Position numbers and translations under genes: made by a program. The notes under the pieces were generated by a model. The model was not told the origin of the DNA and ran no database searches. It saw only the letters and a program-made list of their open reading frames with translations. Of a stretch of 32,000 nucleotides of DNA, positions 25,965 through 32,000 are shown piece after piece (within the stretch, counting starts at the first letter, position 1; each line of letters starts with the position of its first letter). This DNA comes from Desulfobulbus propionicus DSM 2032 (GTDB lineage Bacteria; Desulfobacterota; Desulfobulbia; Desulfobulbales; Desulfobulbaceae), in contig NC_014972.1 in assembly GCF_000186885.1 (NCBI RefSeq), forward strand, positions 1,800,001-1,832,000, read 5' to 3'.

Positions 25965-28900
25965 TCAAAAGGTCCAAGCGAGGCGCAGGGAGAGGGCATG
26001 GTCGGTGGCACCGTTGTCGCTTTGCAGGGTGCAGTCGTAGCCAAGATGGGCGAATGCGCTTGGCGAGAGGCGGGCCTCGAGCGCGGCGCCCATGACCAGG
26101 CTGTCACCGGCCAGGTCGCGTCCGGGCGTAAGGAACATATCGCCGCCGCCAGCCAGTTGGGACTGCAGATCGTCGCTGTGGCGGTTGAACTCATGCCACC
26201 AGTGCAGCCTGAGTTCCGGTTCCAGGGCAAAGGTCTTCCATTGGAAGGGATAGGCGATCCGGGCGCCGGCAAAGCCGAGCAGGGAATCGCTCGCCCGGGA
26301 GCCTAGGGAGAGATCGGCGCTGTCGGCGCCGGATTCCTGGAAGCCTTCCTCGTCGAGCCTCACCCAGCCGCCACCCACGGAAGGCCCCAGGATCCAGTTG
26401 CCGATCACCCAGTCGTAGCCGCCCTGGACAGTGGCGCCGAACAGGCGGCCCTCGTGGTCGCTGTGGGTTGCACGGCCGGCAAAGGCCAGTGACCGGTCGG
26501 CGTCGAAGTCGATCAGGCCGGTGCCGAGCGCGGCGCCCAACCGCCAGCCCCCCGGGGTCAGGGGATCGTTCCAGGAACCGTAGAGATAGGCGTGCAGACT
26601 TTTGTTTTCCCCTTCGTCGGCACTGCTGTCGGATTCGTAGCGGCTCTCGCCGAGGGCGCCGGCCATGCCCAGGATCAGGCCATCGGCCGTGGAGCGCTCC
26701 AGGCCGAACAGCAGGCCGTAAACGTTCTTTGTCGCCCCGAAAGAGGCATCGTCCGCTTCGTACCGGCTGTGATGGCTGGGGAACTCGAACCAGGCAGTGG
26801 TCGCACCCGCACGGTCGCTGCTCTCCGGCGACGGATCGAAGTGCTCCATGCGGCGGCGCAGGCTGTCGAAACGGGACTGGGCATCGTCGAGGGCCAGGGT
26901 GGTGGCCAGGCCGTGAATGCGCGGGGTCATCTCGGCCAACGCGTTGTTGAGGGCGCTGGTGGTCAAGGCCAGGTCGAGGCGGTCAAGCAGGTCGGCGAAA
27001 TCGTTGGCCGCCGAGGGGCGAACCCTATCCAGGCTGGTTGCCAAGCCGCTGTTATGCGGGATGGCCAGGCTGGTGTAGCTGTTGCGGCTGACCTCCAGGC
27101 TCAGGTTGCCGGGCGAGAGGCTCAGCAGCTCGGTGTCGAGAATGGCGGCGCCTTGCACCCGGTCAAAGACACCGGAGATGCTGCCGGCATCGAGCATGGA
27201 GAAGCTGCCGCCGTTGGTGTAGCCGTTCGGGACGAGAAGCAGGGTCCCGTCGAGCGAGGCGGTGCCGGTGACGGTGAAACGGTCGGCTTGATCGGCACCG
27301 ATTTCCATACCCAGGGTGGCGGAGGAACTCTGGGTATAGTTGCCGTCGATGGTCAGATGGCCGATGGAATGGCCGGGAGACACGGTGCCCCGGTTGGTGA
27401 CGTTGCCGGTCAAGGTGCCGTTGCCGCCCAGGATGCCGTGCGCGCCGACAGTGGTCTCGCCGCCGATGACGCCGTCGATCCCCAGTCGTCCGTGCTCGAC
27501 CTGGATCGCACCAAAGGTGGAATGGCCGGAGAGCGACCAGTCCACCCCGTGCATGACCAAGGTTTCGGCGCCATAGAAGACCTCATTTTCCATGCCATTG
27601 CCATTGAGCAACACCACGTCGGTCTCCCCTGCCATCCACGCCGGCCCAACCAGGTCCGAACCGCTTTGCAGGATGAGACGGGTGGTATCGTAGCTGGCAA
27701 TGGAGGCGTTGTAACCGCTGATCGTGCCGCTGTTGATGATGACCGAGGGGGTGTTCGCCCAGACACCAACACCGCCCTGATAATCGAGCAGGGGCTGCAC
27801 AGAGGAAGCGACCGCGGTGATGGTGCCGCTGTTTTCCAGCCATCCTGGACCCTTGATGAAGGCGACGCCGATTGCCCAATCACCGGAGACCGCGGAAATG
27901 CTGCCCGAATTGGTTACCTGCGTGCGTCCATGGTTTTCCGACCATATCCCGGCGCTTCCCTTGAGCGTGTCCGCTCCTGTTTGGGCCACGATCTCGCCGC
28001 TGTTCTCGATGACCAAATCGTTCTTGCCGTTACTGGCCCATATGCCATAGGAGAGGGTGAAATTGGCATCACTGTCGGCCTCGGCCGTTACTGTTCCCTG
28101 GTTGACGATTTCCCCTCCTTGCAGGCAGATCCCATAGGCAACAGCCTGTCCTTGCGGGCTGAAAGCCGATGCGGTGATCAGTCCTTCATTGCGGACAGAA
28201 CCGCCGGGCCCGCCCCAGAGATAGATTCCGCGCGCCGTTGTCAGCGCCTCGTCCGACTGGGCATGGGCGCCAATCGTGCCCTGGTTGACGACGCTGCTGG
28301 CCTTTCCGCCCCAAAAATCGACGCCATGAGCATTGTAGGTTCCTCCAGCGCTCCAGGGAACCGCCTGGATATCGCCGGTGTTGACGAGGTGCAGACTCTC
28401 GCCGCTCCAGGGTTCCGCGATAAGATAGAAGCTCCAAAGGTTGGACATCGAGGTTGTGTAGCGAAGACGCATGTAGCCGTCCTCTCCCCATTCCTCGCTC
28501 CAGGAATTGCGCAGTATCCAGTAGCCTAGCCCATCTTCTCCGGTCTCGTCATTGTAGCCGATCAATGCCACCGCATGATCCAGGGCTGCTATGTTCACCT
28601 GCGTGGGGACGCGAAAATTGTCGTTGAGGACACCCCCCTGGTAGTCATGCCATTCCTCCCTGTCGGAATTCACGCCAATGGTGACCGCACCGATGGCATG
28701 GAGAACGCGGCGGGTGGTCTCCACGTCATTGACCGGTATGGAATACCAATCCTCCATCGTATAACGCGGGGCATCCCAATGCTGTCCGGCAGGCTGTTCA
28801 ATGACCGTCCACTGATCCTCCTGCACTGGATAGGGATAGACGCTTTCCAAGGGCGTTCCATGTTCCACCATGGCGGTCATCGGATCTTCAAGCAGACCGC

Positions 28901-29195
28901 CATCACAGCCATCCATTCCGTCATACAGGGGGCTGAGACTCCAGACCATGAAGGCCTCGGACAGATCGATGGCCTGCTGGTCGTACAGACCGTGCGTCCG
29001 GTTCCAGGTGCTTTCCGCTGCGGCCAGCGTACCAAAGGCATAACAGCTGCCGCAGTAGGCCTGATCGCGCACGGCACCGATGAAGCTGTGACCGTCGATG
29101 TCGCGCAGGTCAAAGGAAGAAGGAAGATCCATGGCCAGTCCCGGCATCGGAGCCAGGAGCACGGTGGTCAATGAAGCATACAGTGTCAAATTCAT
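25965..29195 (-). CDS. Type Va autotransporter with an N-terminal papain-like (peptidase C1) cysteine protease passenger
   Basis: A signal peptide is present (MNLTLYASLTTVLLAPMPGLA). C1 catalytic motifs are intact: VRDQAYCGSCYAF (Cys codon at 29043-29045), LDHAVALIGY and ILRNSWSEEWGEDGYMRL. A passenger of about 450 aa follows with periodic NxGxI...GI repeats typical of a beta-helix. The C-terminal beta-barrel domain of about 280 aa ends LSLRLAWTF. Confidence 0.85.
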   Translation of the reverse strand: MNLTLYASLTTVLLAPMPGLAMDLPSSFDLRDIDGHSFIGAVRDQAYCGSCYAFGTLAAAESTWNRTHGLYDQQAIDLSEAFMVWSLSPLYDGMDGCDGGLLEDPMTAMVEHGTPLESVYPYPVQEDQWTVIEQPAGQHWDAPRYTMEDWYSIPVNDVETTRRVLHAIGAVTIGVNSDREEWHDYQGGVLNDNFRVPTQVNIAALDHAVALIGYNDETGEDGLGYWILRNSWSEEWGEDGYMRLRYTTSMSNLWSFYLIAEPWSGESLHLVNTGDIQAVPWSAGGTYNAHGVDFWGGKASSVVNQGTIGAHAQSDEALTTARGIYLWGGPGGSVRNEGLITASAFSPQGQAVAYGICLQGGEIVNQGTVTAEADSDANFTLSYGIWASNGKNDLVIENSGEIVAQTGADTLKGSAGIWSENHGRTQVTNSGSISAVSGDWAIGVAFIKGPGWLENSGTITAVASSVQPLLDYQGGVGVWANTPSVIINSGTISGYNASIASYDTTRLILQSGSDLVGPAWMAGETDVVLLNGNGMENEVFYGAETLVMHGVDWSLSGHSTFGAIQVEHGRLGIDGVIGGETTVGAHGILGGNGTLTGNVTNRGTVSPGHSIGHLTIDGNYTQSSSATLGMEIGADQADRFTVTGTASLDGTLLLVPNGYTNGGSFSMLDAGSISGVFDRVQGAAILDTELLSLSPGNLSLEVSRNSYTSLAIPHNSGLATSLDRVRPSAANDFADLLDRLDLALTTSALNNALAEMTPRIHGLATTLALDDAQSRFDSLRRRMEHFDPSPESSDRAGATTAWFEFPSHHSRYEADDASFGATKNVYGLLFGLERSTADGLILGMAGALGESRYESDSSADEGENKSLHAYLYGSWNDPLTPGGWRLGAALGTGLIDFDADRSLAFAGRATHSDHEGRLFGATVQGGYDWVIGNWILGPSVGGGWVRLDEEGFQESGADSADLSLGSRASDSLLGFAGARIAYPFQWKTFALEPELRLHWWHEFNRHSDDLQSQLAGGGDMFLTPGRDLAGDSLVMGAALEARLSPSAFAHLGYDCTLQSDNGATDHALSLRLAWTF

Positions 29196-29317
29196 GGTGT
29201 TTTTGTTCCCGTGATGAAGTGTTTGCCGCGTGCAGCGGTGGACGTGGACCGCGGGCATGATCGCTGTCGAGACGTCTTGGTCGTGATGAGGCAAGGTGTC
29301 CGGGTAACGGCGTTTTC

Positions 29318-29340
29318 AGGGGAGGGGGAGGAGGGGAGAA
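29318..29340. repeat. Pure polypurine/polypyrimidine tract in the autotransporter leader
   Basis: The plus strand reads AGGGGAGGGGGAGGAGGGGAGAA. The transcript therefore carries UUCUCCCCUCCUCCCCCUCCCCU, between the aptamer and the start codon. Confidence 0.7.
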
Positions 29341-29359
29341 CGAGACATGAGGAGAATAC

Positions 29360-29445
29360 GCATGCCGCAGTCCCGCTACCATAGTTTCCCGTAGGCCGGA
29401 GACTTTGCGCCCATACCTTTCGGTATGTTTGCCCAGTTATCAAGA
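29360..29445 (-). promoter_or_regulatory. c-di-GMP-I (GEMM-I) type riboswitch aptamer
   Basis: The minus strand reads CUGGGCAAAC-AUACC-GAAA-GGUAU-GGGCGCAAAGUCUCCGG-CCUACG-G-GAAA-C-UAUGG-UAGCGGGACUGCGGC. The conserved blocks GGGCAAAC, GCGCAAAG, CUCCGGCCUA and GGUAGCGGG match the Vibrio cholerae Vc2 aptamer as I recall it. P2 is a 5-bp stem capped by a GAAA tetraloop (29413-29426). P3 contains an 11-nt-type GAAA tetraloop receptor, CCUACG...UAUGG (29379-29395). Confidence 0.8.
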
Positions 29446-29474
29446 TTCCTATCACAGCAGAAAGGCAATGTCAA
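29446..29474 (-). promoter_or_regulatory. Candidate sigma70-type promoter driving the riboswitch and autotransporter
   Basis: On the minus strand: TTGACA (29469-29474), a 17-nt spacer, then TAGGAA (29446-29451). This places the predicted start a few nt before the aptamer. Confidence 0.4.
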
Positions 29475-29542
29475 AACGATCGGCGTGCAATGGGTGCGAG
29501 GAGGGACGGGATTTTTCTGCCCGGGAAGGGGGGAATCAAGGT

Positions 29543-29578
29543 AAAAAAATGCCCGACAGCCGAAAAGCACTGTCGGGC
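29543..29578 (-). terminator. Rho-independent terminator of the hsp20 operon
   Basis: GCCCGACAG (29551-29559) pairs with CTGTCGGGC (29570-29578) in a perfect 9-bp stem with a 10-nt loop. On the minus strand it is followed by AUUUUUUU (29543-29550). Confidence 0.8.
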
Positions 29579-29612
29579 TACGAGAAGAACGCACGACGAA
29601 CGGTTCTCGCCG

Positions 29613-30188
29613 TTAACTTCCAGAGGTGATCTCCACCTTCTTGACCTCTCCCTTTGGCATGGCCTTGCGAGGCATGGTGACGAACAGCACGCCGTTCTTG
29701 AAGCTGGCCTTGATGTTATCCTGATCCACGTCCTCGGGCAGGGACAGTACCCGCTGGAACGAGCCGTAACTGCGCTCGATCCGGTAGTAGTTCTTCTCCT
29801 TGTCTTCTTTTTCCTGTTTCTTTTCGCCCCTGATGGTCAGGGCGCCGGCGGCGATATCCACGGACACATCCTTTTCGCTCACTCCGGGGATCTCGACGGT
29901 GAGTTGATACTCACTGTCGGTGGCGCTCAGATCGACCTTGGGTTTGAGTACTGCCGTGCCCTCAAAGGCGGGAAAAGCGCCGAAACCGCCAACGGCGGGC
30001 AGATTGAAGCCGCGGAAAAATTGATCGAACAGTCGATCGATGTCGCGGTGAATTTGTACCATTGGATCACCGTGCCGTTGTGGATAAAAGGGGGCCTTGT
30101 GTTCGTGTTTCACCGGCACGGTATGCTCGATTTCCTCTTCGTTCTTGAACCAATTCCAGGGGGCCAGTTTTTTCAGTTCCATGGTCAT
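29613..30188 (-). CDS. Hsp20/alpha-crystallin family small heat shock protein (long form)
   Basis: The alpha-crystallin domain is present (YQLTVEIPGVSEKDVSVDI...LTIRGEKK...ERSYGSFQRVLSLPEDVD...ASFKNGVLFVTMPR). The start is 30188 or the ATG at 30182, which has better spacing to GAGGAG. Confidence 0.85.
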   Translation of the reverse strand: MTMELKKLAPWNWFKNEEEIEHTVPVKHEHKAPFYPQRHGDPMVQIHRDIDRLFDQFFRGFNLPAVGGFGAFPAFEGTAVLKPKVDLSATDSEYQLTVEIPGVSEKDVSVDIAAGALTIRGEKKQEKEDKEKNYYRIERSYGSFQRVLSLPEDVDQDNIKASFKNGVLFVTMPRKAMPKGEVKKVEITSGS

Positions 30189-30232
30189 TGCTCCTCTTGC
30201 TTCCGTGTTGGTTGTTCGGCGTATCTGCGTTA

Positions 30233-30619
30233 TCAGCCGACCTTGATTTCAATCTGCCTTGGCTTTGCGGCCTCTGACTTGGGCAGATGGAGCCGCAAGA
30301 CACCGTTACTGAGCTCGGCATGGACTTTCTCGATATCAATGCTCTGCGGCACGGAGAACGTCCGGCGGAATTCCACCTCGCCAAATTCCCGCCAGGCAGC
30401 GGCGCCGCTGGTCACCAGCCGGCGCATGCCGGACAGGGTCATCTTGCCGTTGTCGATGTTGATGGCTATGGCGTCCTTGATCACGCCGGGCATATCGGCA
30501 TAGAGCAGAATCTCGCTGTCGTTTTCAAAAATATCCACTTCGGGCGCGACAACCGGCAGCTGTTGAACAAGTTCTCCTGCCTGTTCTTTTCGGGTGACAA
30601 CCTCGGTGTTCTCGCTCAT
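30233..30619 (-). CDS. Hsp20/alpha-crystallin family small heat shock protein
   Basis: ILLYADMPGV...FRRTFSVPQSID...AELSNGVLRLHLPKSEAAKPRQIEI is present. AGGAGG lies 6 nt upstream of the ATG. Confidence 0.85.
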   Translation of the reverse strand: MSENTEVVTRKEQAGELVQQLPVVAPEVDIFENDSEILLYADMPGVIKDAIAINIDNGKMTLSGMRRLVTSGAAAWREFGEVEFRRTFSVPQSIDIEKVHAELSNGVLRLHLPKSEAAKPRQIEIKVG

Positions 30620-30664
30620 GGGTATCCTCCTTGTTCTGTGTTCGATTTTTGAATGATCGTCGAA

Positions 30665-31111
30665 TCAATTGATACTGATCTGTCGTGGTTTGGCGGCTTC
30701 CGACTTGGGGAGGGTCATTTTGAGCAAGCCATCCTTCAAGGTGGCTTCCACTTTGGAAGCATCTACCTCGTAGGGCAGGGTGAAGCTACGGGAAAAGGAT
30801 CCTGTCCCCCGTTCGGTGCGATGGATTTTAAAGGTGTCGGGGGTGTCCGATTTGCGCGCTCCGCTGATTTCCAGATAGTTGCCCTGAATCTTGACCTGCA
30901 GATCCTCTTTCAGCACTCCGGGCAGTTCAACGACGATTTCCAGATTATCGCCGGTATCGCTGAGATTGGTGCGCGGAAAGGTATCAGCGGCAACCCATCC
31001 CTGGCCGAGATTGTAGGCCCGGTCGAACTCATTGAATACGTTGTTCATCCGGTTGCGGAACAGATCCATGGCCCCCATCATCTGATGAATGTCATTCCAT
31101 CGGGTAATCAT
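30665..31111 (-). CDS. Hsp20/alpha-crystallin family small heat shock protein
   Basis: LEIVVELPGVLKEDLQVKI...FSRSFTLPYEVD...ATLKDGLLKMTLPKSEAAKPRQISI is present. AGGAGG lies 6-7 nt upstream of the ATG at 31111. The 31156 ORF start is rejected. Confidence 0.85.
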   Translation of the reverse strand: MITRWNDIHQMMGAMDLFRNRMNNVFNEFDRAYNLGQGWVAADTFPRTNLSDTGDNLEIVVELPGVLKEDLQVKIQGNYLEISGARKSDTPDTFKIHRTERGTGSFSRSFTLPYEVDASKVEATLKDGLLKMTLPKSEAAKPRQISIN

Positions 31112-31185
31112 CTTGTCTCCTCCTTTTCGTGAGTGTGTAGGGTATGTTCCGATCATGCATGACCCCGTCTTTGTGTTGTAGTTGA

Positions 31186-31213
31186 ACTATAAGTATGACA
31201 AATAGCCAGTCAA
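31186..31213 (-). promoter_or_regulatory. Candidate promoter of the hsp20 operon
   Basis: On the minus strand: TTGACT (31208-31213), a 16-nt spacer, then TATAGT (31186-31191), about 70 nt upstream of the first hsp20 ATG. Confidence 0.4.
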
Positions 31214-31237
31214 TGCGACTTATGAATATTTTGGTTG

Positions 31238-31271
31238 CATTACTTATTGTGAAAATTTATCAATAGTAATG
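31238..31271. promoter_or_regulatory. Imperfect inverted repeat (candidate operator) in the divergent hsp20 / RHH-like gene spacer
   Basis: CATTACTTATTG (31238-31249) and CAATAGTAATG (31261-31271) are reverse complements apart from one extra T. They are separated by 11 nt. The repeat overlaps a possible plus-strand promoter: TTGCAT (31235-31240), 17 nt, TATCAA (31258-31263). Confidence 0.35.
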
Positions 31272-31307
31272 AAATGGTATGAATGAGCAGTAAGAAGGAG
31301 GTGTGCG

Positions 31308-31907
31308 ATGAGTGATGAACAGGATGGAAAAAAATACGGGGAGGGGCTATTGGCTGGTTTGTCCGCCGATACCCTGCGGGGCCGGCAATCGGTACGGGCG
31401 ACTTTTCGTCTGCCGTCGCAGGTGATAGCGTTACTCAGCCTAGCCGCCAACCAGTTGGGATTGAAGCAGAAATCGCTCTTCGATCAGCTAGTGGAAGACC
31501 GGGAGGTGCTGAAACAGCTCGCCCAGGCCGCCGGTTCGTATTCGCCAAGCGGTGAACAGCGGCAGCAAAAGACCTTTGTGGTCAGCCGCAACTCGCTGCT
31601 GTCGCTCGAATATGTAGCCAAGGCCTGCGGTTTGCCGCGTGATCTCCTGGTGGAGTTGTCCATTCGACGACTGTTGCCGGTGATGAGTTCGGAGCAGGAA
31701 AAACAGAAGAAAAGGCGGGCGGTCCTGGCCGAGATGGAATCGTTTCTGCAACAAGGTCAGGCTTTGTGGGCGAGCGCCGAGCAATTGCTCGGCGAAACTG
31801 ATGACACCACCAGGCAGCTCGCCATGGTGTTGCTGCACTGTGAACGGGCGGTCAACGATCTGCGCCAGGCTATTGACCAGGGAAAAGAAATCGAGGGATA
31901 TCAATAA
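31308..31907 (+). CDS. Hypothetical protein with two ribbon-helix-helix-like segments (possible DNA-binding regulator)
   Basis: A strong RBS (AAGGAGG) lies 7 nt upstream of the ATG. RATFRLPSQVIALLSLAANQLGLKQKSLFDQLVED and KTFVVSRNSLLSLEYVAKACGLPRDLLVELSIRRLL both fit a beta-strand/helix/helix (CopG/Arc-like) pattern. The C-terminal part looks like a helical coiled coil. Confidence 0.55.
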   Translation: MSDEQDGKKYGEGLLAGLSADTLRGRQSVRATFRLPSQVIALLSLAANQLGLKQKSLFDQLVEDREVLKQLAQAAGSYSPSGEQRQQKTFVVSRNSLLSLEYVAKACGLPRDLLVELSIRRLLPVMSSEQEKQKKRRAVLAEMESFLQQGQALWASAEQLLGETDDTTRQLAMVLLHCERAVNDLRQAIDQGKEIEGYQ

Positions 31908-32000
31908 GCATCGCTGTGCATTGACCACATGGTGGTGGTCTTGGGTCACAATTCAACATCTTGGAAATATGAGAAATATTTATAATATATTGTTTTTACA

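Noticed and set aside
26592-28529. A 645-aa plus-strand ORF, and the 28575-29174 ORF, opposite the autotransporter
   Set aside because: They are antisense to a gene with strong domain evidence. The composition is Gly/Ala/Arg/Asp-rich with no motifs, so this is a GC-driven artefact.
31112-31185. A ROSE-like or other RNA thermometer in the hsp20 5' UTR
   Set aside because: I found no anti-SD (CUCC/UCCU-type) segment in the roughly 70-nt leader that could pair with the AGGAGG. No CIRCE (TTAGCACTC-N9-GAGTGCTAA) sequence was found either.
1-32000. Search for CRISPR arrays, tRNA or rRNA genes and large dispersed repeats
   Set aside because: Reading both strands showed no regularly spaced direct repeats, no cloverleaf-compatible segments and no rRNA-like conserved blocks. 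The only repetitive features are the protein-level beta-helix repeats in the autotransporter and the hsp20 paralogues.

Overview
This is a GC-rich chromosomal window (over 60% G+C by eye) from a diderm bacterium. The protein families and the riboswitch suggest a Desulfobacterota/deltaproteobacterium-like organism, but that is inference only. All calls come from reading the ORF translations and the DNA by eye. No searches or computations were run.

Most of the window is housekeeping:
- c-di-GMP signalling: a GAF-GGDEF cyclase, and a pseudo-receiver protein with a degenerate GGDEF domain.
- Miscellaneous genes: nagZ, a TM2-domain protein, yaaA, a DUF493/YbeD-like gene, and an Smr-domain gene.
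- A co-oriented minus-strand string: livK-H-M-G-F, then a Gfo/Idh/MocA oxidoreductase, then lpxB.
- lpxK, lpxC, proC, nadK and hrpB.
- A TPR-methyltransferase fusion.
- Three tandem hsp20 genes with a divergent gene for a ribbon-helix-helix-like protein.

Two regions stand out.

1. Bases 23078-29474, minus strand. A promoter-like element is followed by a sequence that matches the conserved blocks of the c-di-GMP-I (GEMM-I) riboswitch aptamer. This includes a GAAA-capped P2 hairpin and a tetraloop-receptor-like P3. It sits in the roughly 170-nt leader of a 1076-aa type Va autotransporter. The autotransporter passenger begins with an intact papain-like (C1) cysteine protease domain. Downstream on the same strand are a small secreted protein and two further uncharacterised genes. 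I consider this the best candidate for an undescribed system: a c-di-GMP-gated surface or secreted cysteine protease with unknown partners.

2. Bases ~5985-7460. This is an AT-rich insertion and decay zone. It holds a 5' remnant of an IS200-type tnpA gene, a very AT-rich sulfotransferase-like orphan gene, and a multiply frameshifted, internally deleted GNAT pseudogene.

No rRNA, tRNA or CRISPR array was seen. The many long ORFs antisense to real genes are treated as GC-driven artefacts.
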